DNA from: Rhodothermales bacterium
Lineage (GTDB): Bacteria > Bacteroidota > Rhodothermia > Rhodothermales > VXPQ01
Length of the DNA stretch: 64,000 bases
Assembly: GCA_022825385.1 (NCBI GenBank)
Contig: JAJDWX010000038.1
Location: 79,717-143,716 of the forward strand
Direction of reading: 5' to 3'
Within the stretch, counting starts at the first letter, position 1. Each line of letters starts with the position of its first letter. Below are positions 15,096 through 24,252 of this stretch, piece after piece. A model generated the notes under the pieces. It ran no database searches. It had not been told where the DNA came from and saw nothing but the letters and a program-made list of their open reading frames with translations. The position numbers and the translations under genes were made by a program.

Positions 15096-16382
15096 TTATC
15101 TTCGTAATTCGTTGTCTCGCAACGACTTTTTTAATTGATGGGTAATTGATGGGTAATTGACGGGTAATTGACAGGTAATTGATCCCGCCCCCTGCGCCGC
15201 CTCCAGCGCCACCGCCGTAGCCCCGCCCATCCCGTGGCAAATAGCGGCCAGTCCGACCTGCCCGCCGCGCCGCCGCAAGGCATGCGCGAGCGTGGCCACG
15301 ATCCGCGCCCCGGAAGCGCCGATGGGATGCCCCAGCGCCACGGCCCCGCCCTGCACGTTGATTCGGTCCATGGGAATATCCAGCATCCGGCTGAAAAGCA
15401 GGTTGTTGAGCGCGAACGCCTCGTTGTTTTCGAACAAATCCACGTCGGCAAGCGACAGGCCGGACTTTTCGAGCGCCCGCCGCGCAGCCGGAACCGGCGC
15501 CTCGGGAAACCGCCACGCTTCTCCGGCGGACCAGGCTGAGCCAAGCCAGCGAGCCAGCGGCCTCAGGCCCTGCGCGGCGACCGCCTCGCCCGACGCCAGC
15601 GCCAGCGCCGCCGCGCCGTCGCTGATCTGACTGCTGTTGCCCGCCGTGAACACGCCGTCCTTCCGAAACGCCGGACGCAGCGCCGCCAGTTTATCCACCG
15701 AGGTATCCGGGCGAATCCCCTCGTCCGCCTCCACGACAACGGATTTCCCCTTCGCAACGCGCTCCACAGGAACGATTTCGTCCGCAAAGAACCCCTCCTC
15801 GCGGGCCTTTGCAGCGCGCCGGTGCGAAAGCGCGGCCATTTCGTCCAGTTCCCGCCGCGCGACGCCATGCTCCGCCGCCAGCCGTTCCGCCTGCTCGCCC
15901 ATCGCTTCCCCGCTCAGGGGGTCCATGAGCCCGTCTCGCAACATCAGGTCCGCCAGCGGCTCGCCCTTGCCCGCAAGCAAGCCGTACCCCCAGCGCACCC
16001 GGGACGACAGGAAAAACCCCGCGCCAGACATGGATTCCACGCCGCCGCACAATGCAATATCCGCCTCGCCCGCCCGAATGAACGCCGCCGCCGTCATCAA
16101 ACTCATCATGCCGGACGAACAGACCATGTCCAGCGCGAACCCGTCCACCGCGTCCGGTATGCCCGCCTGCGCCGCCGCCTGGCGCGGCACGAGTTGACCA
16201 TGCCCGGCCCGCAGCACATTCCCGAACGCATAGAAATCCAGCGCCTCCCCGGGAATGTCCGCCCGCGCAAGCGCGCCCCGCATCGCATGCGCCGCGAGGT
16301 CCGCCGGGGAACAATCCTTCAGCGCGCCCCCGAAACGCCCGATAGGCGTCCGCGCCGCAGAAACGATATAGACGTCGCGCAT
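15096..16382 (-). CDS. Acetyl-CoA C-acetyltransferase (thiolase II) with an atypical ~35-aa C-terminal tail
   Basis: MRDVYIVSAARTPIGRFGGALKD; active-site region VCSSGMMS; NEAFA; GGAVALGHPIGASGARI; CHGMGGA. The tail (...QGAGSITCQLPVNYPSITHQLKKSLRDNELRR) is encoded by the 11-bp repeat array. Confidence 0.9.
   Translation of the reverse strand: MRDVYIVSAARTPIGRFGGALKDCSPADLAAHAMRGALARADIPGEALDFYAFGNVLRAGHGQLVPRQAAAQAGIPDAVDGFALDMVCSSGMMSLMTAAAFIRAGEADIALCGGVESMSGAGFFLSSRVRWGYGLLAGKGEPLADLMLRDGLMDPLSGEAMGEQAERLAAEHGVARRELDEMAALSHRRAAKAREEGFFADEIVPVERVAKGKSVVVEADEGIRPDTSVDKLAALRPAFRKDGVFTAGNSSQISDGAAALALASGEAVAAQGLRPLARWLGSAWSAGEAWRFPEAPVPAARRALEKSGLSLADVDLFENNEAFALNNLLFSRMLDIPMDRINVQGGAVALGHPIGASGARIVATLAHALRRRGGQVGLAAICHGMGGATAVALEAAQGAGSITCQLPVNYPSITHQLKKSLRDNELRR
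15132..15186. repeat. 5 x 11-bp tandem repeat TAATTGAYNGG, plus a solo TAATTGATCGGG at 15066-15077
   Basis: Read directly: TAATTGATGGG, TAATTGATGGG, TAATTGACGGG, TAATTGACAGG, TAATTGATCCC. Confidence 0.9.
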
Positions 16383-16469
16383 AAGCCGATTATATACGTA
16401 TTATTATACATAATTATGCAGTGCGCAGGGAATGCGCGCCAGGCCAGATAGCAGCGAACAAGCCGCGGC

Positions 16470-17927
16470 TCACGTCAAGATAGCGCGAACCACATGCCCG
16501 TGCACGTCCGTCAACCGGTAGCGCCGCCCCTGGTGCCGGAACGTAAACCGTTCGTGGTCTATGCCCAGAAGGTGCAGCAGGGTCGCCTGGAAATCGTGCA
16601 CGTGCACCGGGTCCCGCGCGATATTGTACCCGAACTCGTCCGTCTCGCCAAACGAAAACCCTTTTTTGATCCCGCCTCCGGCCATCCAGATGGTAAAGCA
16701 CCGGGGATGGTGATCCCGTCCGTAATTGTCCGCCGTAAGTTTGCCCTGGGAATAGTTGGTGCGCCCGAACTCCCCGCCCCAGATGATCAGCGTATCGTCC
16801 AGCATGCCGCGTTGCTTGAGGTCCAGCACGAGGGCCGCCGAGGGCTGGTCCGTATCCTTCGCCAGCACGCTGATTTCCCGGGGAAGGTTCGCGTGCTGAT
16901 CCCATCCCTGGTGGTACAGCTGGATGAAGCGCACGTCGCGCTCGGCCAGGCGACGGGCCAGCAGGCAATTGGCCGCGAATGTGCCGGGGATGCGGGCCGC
17001 CTCGCCATACAGGTCGAAAACGTAGTCGGGTTCCTCGGAAACATCCATCGTGGCAGGCACCGACGTCTGCATCCGGTAGGCCATTTCGTACTGGGCAATG
17101 CGCGAATTGATTTCCGGGTCCATCACGCGTTCGTGCTGGCGCTGATGCAATTCGCGCAGATAGTCCAGCATGCGCCGCCGGGTGGTTCGATTGACGCCCG
17201 GCGGGTTGTTCAGATACAGCACCGGGTCCTTGCCCGACCGAAACTGTACGCCCTGGTGCAGCGACGGCAGAAAACCGTTTCCCCAGAGCCGGGAATACAA
17301 GGGCTGATCGAAATCGTTGCTGCGCGAAAGCAGTACGCAGAACGCAGGCAGGTTTTCGTTTTCGGACCCCAGGCCGTAACTCAGCCAGGAGCCGATGGAG
17401 GGACGCCCTGTCTGCTGCGAACCCGTCTGAAAAAAAGTGATGGCGGGATCGTGATTGATCGCCTCCGTATACATCGAATTGACGAAACAAAGTTCGTCGA
17501 CGATCTGCGCGGTGTACGGCAACAGTTCGCTGATCATGCGCCCGCTTTGGCCATGGGTGGAGAAGCGGAACCGGGAGCCTGCAAGCGGGAACGATTTCTG
17601 ATGGGCCGTCATGCCCGTAAGGCGTTGCCCCTGGCGCACCGACTCGGGGAGCTGCTCGCCGTTCATCTGCTCCAGCGTCGGCTTGTAATCGAACAGGTCC
17701 AGATGGGACGGGCCGCCGCTTTGGAAGAGATAAATAACCCGCCGAACCCGGGGCGCGAAGTGGGGCTTGGACAGAATGCCTCCCATGCCGTCGTCTCCGC
17801 CGGGACGCGCGAGCGCAGGCCAGGGATTCAGGAGGCTCGCCAGCGCGGCCGAACCGATGCCCAGGCTGGAACGGGACAAAAAATGCCGCCGCGTACAGTT
17901 GTATTTCAGGTCGCAGAGTTCGTTCAT
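16470..17927 (-). CDS. DUF1501 domain protein (sulfatase-like, Tat signal)
   Basis: ORF 16470..18338 trimmed to ATG 17927 (MNELCDLKYNCTRRHFLSRSSLGIGSAALA, twin-arginine signal). Lies directly downstream of a PSD1/DUF1553 gene, which is the usual pairing. Confidence 0.85.
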   Translation of the reverse strand: MNELCDLKYNCTRRHFLSRSSLGIGSAALASLLNPWPALARPGGDDGMGGILSKPHFAPRVRRVIYLFQSGGPSHLDLFDYKPTLEQMNGEQLPESVRQGQRLTGMTAHQKSFPLAGSRFRFSTHGQSGRMISELLPYTAQIVDELCFVNSMYTEAINHDPAITFFQTGSQQTGRPSIGSWLSYGLGSENENLPAFCVLLSRSNDFDQPLYSRLWGNGFLPSLHQGVQFRSGKDPVLYLNNPPGVNRTTRRRMLDYLRELHQRQHERVMDPEINSRIAQYEMAYRMQTSVPATMDVSEEPDYVFDLYGEAARIPGTFAANCLLARRLAERDVRFIQLYHQGWDQHANLPREISVLAKDTDQPSAALVLDLKQRGMLDDTLIIWGGEFGRTNYSQGKLTADNYGRDHHPRCFTIWMAGGGIKKGFSFGETDEFGYNIARDPVHVHDFQATLLHLLGIDHERFTFRHQGRRYRLTDVHGHVVRAILT

Positions 17928-17962
17928 GGCATAAGCGAAGGCAAGCGGCGAAGGGCAGGCCG

Positions 17963-20900
17963 TCAGCGTTTGATTACGGCCTCGTCGAAATTCATCATGG
18001 TGTTGGCGACCACCGTCAGGGCAGCCAGTTGCGCCGGGTCCAGGCGTTCGTCCCGAGGATACTCGCCGACGGCGAGCAAATCCAGCGCGCTCCCGCGGTC
18101 GGACTCGAAAGCGCGCAGTTCCTCTTCGTACAGCGTGGCAAGCAACGCCACCTCTTCGGCGTCGGGCGGGCGGCTGGTGAGCAGGCGATATCCCCGCGCG
18201 ATTTGCGCCCGGACGCCCCCCTCCTCTTCCCGCAACAACCGCTCCGCCAGCAAGCGGCTGGCCTCCACATACTGGGGATCGTTCAATAACACCAGCGCTT
18301 GCAAGGGCGTACTCGTGCTTTGCCTCCGGACGGTGCAAATGTTGCGCTCCGACGCATCGAAATTCATCATCGACGGGGGCGGCGTAGTGCGTTTCCAGAT
18401 GGTGTACATGCTGCGCCGATAGAGATCGTCCCCCTCGTCCTGCTTGTATTCCGTCGCATTGCGCGTAGCCAGTTCTTTCCAGAGGCCCGCCGGCTGATAG
18501 GGCTTGACGGGCGGTCCGCCGATTTCGTCCACAAGCAGGCCGCTGGCGGCCAGCGCATGGTCTCGTATCATCTCGGCGGGCATTCGGTAGGCAGGTCCGC
18601 GCGCCAGCAGCGTATTGTCCGGGTCCTTTTCAAGCAGGTCCGGGCCGGCCACGGAACTTTGCCGATACGCGGCGGAAGTAACGATCCGTTTTTGCAGGGC
18701 CTTGACGTCCCAATCCATCTCCACGAACGCGGTGGCGAGCCAGTCCAGCAGTTCGGGATGGGTGGGGAGCGCGCCCTGACTGCCGAAATCGTCTGGCGTG
18801 GAGACCAGTCCATGGCCGAAATACATTTGCCAGTAGCGGTTCACGATAACCCGCGCGAACAGGGGGTTGTCCGGGTCCGTGAGCCACCGGGCAAGGCCCA
18901 TGCGGTTGCGGGGAAGGTCGTCCGCAAACGGCAGAACGGCGACCGGCGTGGCGCGCTCCACCCGCCGCGTGGGCGCGTCGTACTGTCCACGATCCAGAAT
19001 GTAGGTAGGCCGGGGTTTGGCCCTGTCCCGCATCGCCATGACTTCGGGCAGCAACGAGGCGATCTCGTTTTCTTCTCCCCGAATCCTCGTGAGTTCGGCG
19101 AAATCCTCCGCGTACTGCGGCGCTTCGGTCGTGACGTAATAATCGCGCAGGGCGGCGCGGCGGGCCTCGGCGGACAACTCCGGCTCCGCCTGGCCCTGGA
19201 CGGCGGCGGCCTCCAGGGCCGTGAGGCGGCGGTCGTAGATGCGGAATTCGTCCACGGCGACGCTATCGAGCCGGGGCGAATTGTGCCCGAAAAAACCGAT
19301 GCGCAGGTTGCCCGAACGGGCCGGATCGGTCGGCTCGCCCGTCGTGGGATCGATGGTGAAGAGGATGCTTTGCTTCAGGTTGTCCACCTCGACTTCGGCG
19401 GCCATGCGCTCGCCGTCGAGATAGAGGGCCAGCCCGTCCGCCCGGCTGGACCCGTCGTACGTCATCGTAATATGGTTCCACTGGTCCGCGGGAACCGGGT
19501 CGAGCGAGCGGATCCGGATGGAATTGTCCGGGGCGACCCGGTTGACGCTGGCCGAAATGGTGCCGTCTTCCTCCAGTACGCAGAGATACCCCTGGCGCCC
19601 GTTAAAAAGGCCGTCGGTCCGGGCGAATAGCGGCCCCGACGCCTCGCCAAGAATTCGGAACCACAGGCTGACGCTAAAGGGTTCGTTCCGCTCGAAATAA
19701 TAGCGGTTCGGCCCCATATCGAGCATGCCGTCCCCTTGCAGCGCAAGCGCCGAATCGAAGCGGCCCGGCGCCGCGACGGGCAGTTTGTCTATATCCCCGG
19801 AAAAATAGCCGCGGGCGTCCGGCTCCGTCCGGTTTTCCAGATAGAAAACCTCGTCTCCGTTGTCGTTTTCCCCCGGTTCGAAGCCGTCAAACGGGTAATG
19901 GCCGACAAGCCCCTGGGGCGCCACCTCCCGCCGACCGGCCTCGAACTCGGTCAGCCAGCGCGCGAACCCCTCGTCGAACGCCGGATGGTCTATGGCCGTT
20001 TTTGCTTCGTAGGCCGCGATCTGCGCGCGCAGCGGAGCCAGTTTTTCCCGCGCTTCCTCGTCCTCCAGAATCACAGTGGGGCTTGCCACGCCAGAGTACG
20101 GGGAGGCCCCGGATTCGTTTACGCTGTTGAAAAAATCGAATAACTGGTAGTACTCCTCCTGGCTGACGGGATCGAATTTGTGGTCGTGGCAGCGGGCGCA
20201 TTCCATGGTTAGCCCCAGAAACGCCGTCCCGAAGGTGTTCGTGCGGTCCGCCACGTATTCCACCCGATATTCTTCGAGCACGATGCCCCCCTCCTGACTC
20301 TGGAGGTGGTTTCGGTTAAAACCCGTAGCCAGCCGCTGCTCGACCGTCGGGTCCGGATACAAATCCCCCGCAAGTTGCCAGGTCGCGAATTCGTCGAAGG
20401 GCAGGTTCTCGTTGAATGCCTTGATGACCCAGTCCCGCCAGGGCCACATGTTGCGCAAGCCGTCGTCCTGGTACCCATGGCTGTCGGCGTACCGGGCCAC
20501 GTCCAGCCATTCCGTCGCCATGCGTTCCCCGTAGGCCGGGGAGGCCAAGAGCCGGTCCACCGCTTTTTCGTAGGCGTTCTCGTCCGTATCCGCCAGGAAC
20601 GCATCGATCTCTTCGAGCGTGGGCGGCAGCCCGGTAAGGTCGAACGTAACGCGGCGAAGCAGGGTCTCTTTGGCCGCTTCCGGCGCGGGATGCAAGCCTT
20701 CGCGTTCCAGCCGGTCGAGAATAAAATAATCTATGCCGTTGCGAGGCCAGGACGGGTCGTCTGTTTCGGGAAGCTCCGGCTTCTCGGGCGGAATAAACGC
20801 CCAGTGCGGCTTGTATTCGGCGCCCTGCTCGATCCATTTGAGAATCATGGCGACTTCTTCCGGCGCGACGTGCAGGTTCGACTCCGCCGGGGGCATCCTG

Positions 20901-21235
20901 TAGTCCGGGTCTTCGGACACGAGGCGGTGGAATATTTCGCTCTTCTTCAGGCTGCCGGGGGACAGCGCGAACTTGCGGCGGCTTTCGCTAAGGCGCAGGA
21001 AGGCGCCCTCCTCCGTGTCCAGCCGGAAATCCGTGGCGCGGGCGTTGTCGTCCGGGCCGTGGCAGGGAAAGCACCGGTCCGACAAGATGGGCTTCACATG
21101 GAAATTGAAGTCCACCCGCTCCGGCAGTTTGTCCGCGCTGGCGGCTACCGAGGCGGGCGCGTCGGGCGCGCACCCCGTCAGGCAGAAGAAGCCTGCAAGC
21201 AGGGCGGCGCCGAGAAACAGGTCCCGAAGCCTCAT
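17963..21235 (-). CDS. PSCyt1/DUF1549/LamG-like/DUF1553 (PSD1) multidomain lipoprotein
   Basis: ORF trimmed to ATG 21235 (MRLRDLFLGAALLAGFFCLTGC, lipobox); ATG 21271 is an alternative. CFPCHGPDDNARATDFRLD is a planctomycete cytochrome c motif. CARCHDHKFDP. Typical C-terminal DUF1553 region. Confidence 0.85.
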   Translation of the reverse strand: MRLRDLFLGAALLAGFFCLTGCAPDAPASVAASADKLPERVDFNFHVKPILSDRCFPCHGPDDNARATDFRLDTEEGAFLRLSESRRKFALSPGSLKKSEIFHRLVSEDPDYRMPPAESNLHVAPEEVAMILKWIEQGAEYKPHWAFIPPEKPELPETDDPSWPRNGIDYFILDRLEREGLHPAPEAAKETLLRRVTFDLTGLPPTLEEIDAFLADTDENAYEKAVDRLLASPAYGERMATEWLDVARYADSHGYQDDGLRNMWPWRDWVIKAFNENLPFDEFATWQLAGDLYPDPTVEQRLATGFNRNHLQSQEGGIVLEEYRVEYVADRTNTFGTAFLGLTMECARCHDHKFDPVSQEEYYQLFDFFNSVNESGASPYSGVASPTVILEDEEAREKLAPLRAQIAAYEAKTAIDHPAFDEGFARWLTEFEAGRREVAPQGLVGHYPFDGFEPGENDNGDEVFYLENRTEPDARGYFSGDIDKLPVAAPGRFDSALALQGDGMLDMGPNRYYFERNEPFSVSLWFRILGEASGPLFARTDGLFNGRQGYLCVLEEDGTISASVNRVAPDNSIRIRSLDPVPADQWNHITMTYDGSSRADGLALYLDGERMAAEVEVDNLKQSILFTIDPTTGEPTDPARSGNLRIGFFGHNSPRLDSVAVDEFRIYDRRLTALEAAAVQGQAEPELSAEARRAALRDYYVTTEAPQYAEDFAELTRIRGEENEIASLLPEVMAMRDRAKPRPTYILDRGQYDAPTRRVERATPVAVLPFADDLPRNRMGLARWLTDPDNPLFARVIVNRYWQMYFGHGLVSTPDDFGSQGALPTHPELLDWLATAFVEMDWDVKALQKRIVTSAAYRQSSVAGPDLLEKDPDNTLLARGPAYRMPAEMIRDHALAASGLLVDEIGGPPVKPYQPAGLWKELATRNATEYKQDEGDDLYRRSMYTIWKRTTPPPSMMNFDASERNICTVRRQSTSTPLQALVLLNDPQYVEASRLLAERLLREEEGGVRAQIARGYRLLTSRPPDAEEVALLATLYEEELRAFESDRGSALDLLAVGEYPRDERLDPAQLAALTVVANTMMNFDEAVIKR

Positions 21236-21561
21236 AGACAGGGGCGGCGCAGGGGCGCGAGCGTTTTCCATTGCATTGTTATCGCGGATAGTCCAGCCAA
21301 AATAATAGGGAATGCGAACCTTTGATGAAAGAGGACGGAGAAATTTCGCCTTGGCGGGGGCTTGGGGGAACCGGTCGGCGGCGGGGGGCAGGGTTTTTAG
21401 CACGTTAGGGACAAAACGTGACTGCCGGGTCGTTGAAATACCCGGAGGCACAACACAGGGCCATTCGTTCGCGCCTGTGCCTGCCTTACGCCAAAAACAG
21501 CAGTCCTCGAGCTGTGCCCGCATCGCGTATATTCCCCCATGGCTGCACAAGCGAAAGCCAT

Positions 21562-22377
21562 TCATTCAGAAAGTTCTTGCCGAACGGCGCCCGAAGGTCC
21601 CTCGTACCAGCGTTCGAGATACATTTCGACGAAACCGGGATGCTTTGAAGCAAGGGCGGCGACCATAGGTTTGAGATCGGCGTCGCCGAGGGAGGAAGCA
21701 AGAAACATAGCCGAAAGCTGAAGAGAATGGGCAAAAGAATCATACTCAAGATATTCTGGAATATATCCCTGTATATAGCGAATAGACAATTCGCGCAGCG
21801 TAGCGTGCGTCGAGGAATCTAACGGACGCCATCTTTCTACGGTTCTCGCAAGAGCGAGAAAAGCGCCATTCAATTCCTGTAAGGTGCGTTCGGAAGATTC
21901 AAGATAATCGAGTATCACGGGAAAGATGCGAGGACCGAACTCCGCAAGGCCAAGCGGAGCCATGCCGCCGAACTGAGACGCCTTCAGAAGAATCGGTATA
22001 GCCCGTTCATCTTCGAGCGCAGCCACGGAATATATCAACGGCTCAAGCAGCTCCTGAATATGATCGTCATCGTCAAAACCAGGATAGCCGGCGAGATTCA
22101 GATCGCACTGACTGTCGAGGGCGGCAATCAACCCATCGGCTATGAGAGGATCTACGCCACGACGAAGCCTATCGATTTTTTCTCTGGAGTATCCCCCAAT
22201 TACATGATAAACGGCTGCGTCGATCCTGTAAGGATCTCCGCTATGAAGCTCCATGGCGAGCGCGGCGGCCGAAGGCGCAGCGGCTTTCTGTTCCTGCGCT
22301 AGGCAAGAAGGCGAAAAGAAAAAAAGAACGATCAAAAAGATCGTTGCAAAGAGCAGGAAGCGAATCAAGGTGGTCAT
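21562..22377 (-). CDS. Secreted hypothetical protein, HEAT-like helical repeats
   Basis: Signal peptide MTTLIRFLLFATIFLIVLFFFSPSCLAQE. DERAIPILLKA-type HEAT-like segment. Directly downstream of the M15 lipoprotein gene. Confidence 0.6.
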   Translation of the reverse strand: MTTLIRFLLFATIFLIVLFFFSPSCLAQEQKAAAPSAAALAMELHSGDPYRIDAAVYHVIGGYSREKIDRLRRGVDPLIADGLIAALDSQCDLNLAGYPGFDDDDHIQELLEPLIYSVAALEDERAIPILLKASQFGGMAPLGLAEFGPRIFPVILDYLESSERTLQELNGAFLALARTVERWRPLDSSTHATLRELSIRYIQGYIPEYLEYDSFAHSLQLSAMFLASSLGDADLKPMVAALASKHPGFVEMYLERWYEGPSGAVRQELSE

Positions 22378-22425
22378 GGCGTATCGGATATGAAGGGTAA
22401 AGGAACGAGAAGGCGGTCAGCACGA

Positions 22426-23805
22426 TTATCGCGGAGGCATATTGCTAATATGAACATGCCCGGTCTTATCGTCTTCGCAATTGCGAGTTCCCCCATAAGT
22501 ATACGAACCGGGGCGAGCTTGTCGATTAAATAAAACAATAGAATTTTTAAGATCTTCCGTCCATGGACCAGTACGACAATCGCCATATATCTGAATATCC
22601 GCAGCCCTACCGTGTATATGGGCGGAATCGGTATAGCGGCCCTTGATCAAACGATTGCCTTCAGGACACCGGTAACCAGAATTTATGTTCAAAGTACCAT
22701 AAATTCCTTTGGAAATGAGAAAAGATTTTACTTCGCTATACAAGGCTTTCAGATCGGAATGTACGTAACCGTACCCGCCGTGCTTGCCATATTCTGTACT
22801 CTTATTATTTGTAACGAATATACCGTGATTATTCTTGAAATTAGAACAGGTAAAATTGGTTAAATCAGAATTATGCTCTTTGGCAAGATCACATTGATGC
22901 TGAGAAGAACAAGTACAATCATCTTTTTCATCTTCATTATTTCCATCGCTATTTTCACCACCGCCGCCGCCTCCGCCACCAATATCTCCACCACCACCTT
23001 CTCCACCTGCTACATACATACAAGATGAACATACTACTTCAATATCATATGCGCCACAAGTACGACTACTGGGGTCAGATACAACATATGTACAAGTCCT
23101 TCCATAGGTAACATAACAATTAATGTAACATATCGTACTACTATTTGCTATCGAATTAAATTTGCCAAAATTGTTTATATCAATCCGTTTTTTTAGAATC
23201 TTTGTTGAAAGTTCAATGGGAATTTTATTTGGGCGATAAAAATAAGAATCCACGTCTTCAAACATAATAGTATAACGGGACACGGTTATTTTTGTTTCAC
23301 CGAAATCTTTCGCTACATATCGTTCCACGTAGTCTGTGAAATTTTCCTTTGATAATTTTTCGTCGCTCGAAAAGGCGATTACGTGTCCAGAAACTACGTC
23401 TCCCGAAGGCTCCATATCCATAACGAGCGTGCGAACATGGTACATGACGCTATCGTAGCGTTCGTCCGTATATTTTCCGAGCGTCGTCGCCAAAACGAGC
23501 GTTTCTTCCGTTCCGTCTATCGACAAGACAACGGACTCGTTCCAGTCCGGAGGGAATTTCTCGATGAAGGCAAGCAACGCAAGGGAATCTTCGTCGCCTT
23601 CCGCCTTCGACAAGCGGTCTGACACTTCGAACTCGACCTGTTCCGCGTACCAGGCGCGGGCCTTGGCGGTTAGGCCATCGTTCGGGCCGATGTCCTCCAG
23701 AGAGGAGAAATCGGCGCCGGAATCGCAACCGGGCAGAAAGAGCGCGGCGGCGAACAGGCCCCAAAGGACAGGGAGCGTGCCGAAGCGGAAAGACCGGGTA
23801 CGCAT
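22426..23805 (-). CDS. Lipoprotein with a Cys-rich region, a poly-Gly linker and a C-terminal LAS/M15-type (DD-peptidase-like) zinc metallopeptidase domain
   Basis: The ORF start at 23826 is GTG; ATG 23805 gives MRTRSFRFGTLPVLWGLFAAALFLPGC (lipobox). GGEGGGGDIGGGGGGGGENSDGNNEDEKDD linker. SGYRCPEGNRLIKGRYTDSAHIHGRAADI...GHVHIS resembles the Peptidase_M15 (H-x6-D...H) pattern. A sampled line is about 35% G+C. Confidence 0.7.
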   Translation of the reverse strand: MRTRSFRFGTLPVLWGLFAAALFLPGCDSGADFSSLEDIGPNDGLTAKARAWYAEQVEFEVSDRLSKAEGDEDSLALLAFIEKFPPDWNESVVLSIDGTEETLVLATTLGKYTDERYDSVMYHVRTLVMDMEPSGDVVSGHVIAFSSDEKLSKENFTDYVERYVAKDFGETKITVSRYTIMFEDVDSYFYRPNKIPIELSTKILKKRIDINNFGKFNSIANSSTICYINCYVTYGRTCTYVVSDPSSRTCGAYDIEVVCSSCMYVAGGEGGGGDIGGGGGGGGENSDGNNEDEKDDCTCSSQHQCDLAKEHNSDLTNFTCSNFKNNHGIFVTNNKSTEYGKHGGYGYVHSDLKALYSEVKSFLISKGIYGTLNINSGYRCPEGNRLIKGRYTDSAHIHGRAADIQIYGDCRTGPWTEDLKNSIVLFNRQARPGSYTYGGTRNCEDDKTGHVHISNMPPR

Positions 23806-23990
23806 GAGCGAGGGAATAAAGAGCACGACGAAACCGCACGTCTCAACCTAACCGCTTATCTGGAGAATGTCAAGTCTGCTCACGAACCGATCAGATCAGG
23901 CCCCGCCGCAATCGATGCCTATGGCAACGCACGCTACCTTCATGCGGGATGTCGCCCGCAAGCGCGTCCGCCAGGCAGATTTTCTGCATT

Positions 23991-24098
23991 ATGCAAAAAT
24001 TGCATAGCATAACCGACTTCTATGCATAAATTGCATAATGAAAAAACGATCTATGCGTTATTTGCATAATAGGCCTATGTTCTATGCATTATTTGCAT
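23991..24098. promoter_or_regulatory. Array of four 15-bp operator-like inverted repeats (ATGCNNWAWTTGCAT) with 31-bp phasing
   Basis: ATGCAAAAATTGCAT at 23991, ATGCATAAATTGCAT at 24022, ATGCGTTATTTGCAT at 24053, ATGCATTATTTGCAT at 24084. Start-to-start spacing is 31, 31, 31 bp. The last three sit in 20-bp units TCTATGCRTWATTTGCATAA. Confidence 0.6.
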
Positions 24099-24252
24099 AA
24101 CCAGAGGGGGTTTTCGCCAAAAGGACCGCCTGTGCCCTGAATCTGCACGGGTTCCTGCTGTTTCTGCTCCCGAACCCCCGCTTGCTGACGGCAACAAGGG
24201 AACCAGGACGCCTGCACGGGCGAACGCGATGCGCCGCGCGAAGAGGTTTGGC

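Noticed and set aside
1927-24098. Whether any of the repeat arrays (1927-1998, 15132-15186, 23991-24098) is a CRISPR array.
   Set aside because: The units are 11-24 bp and either contiguous or separated by 16-nt spacers. That is far from the 25-50 bp repeats and similar-length unique spacers of a CRISPR array, and there are no cas genes.
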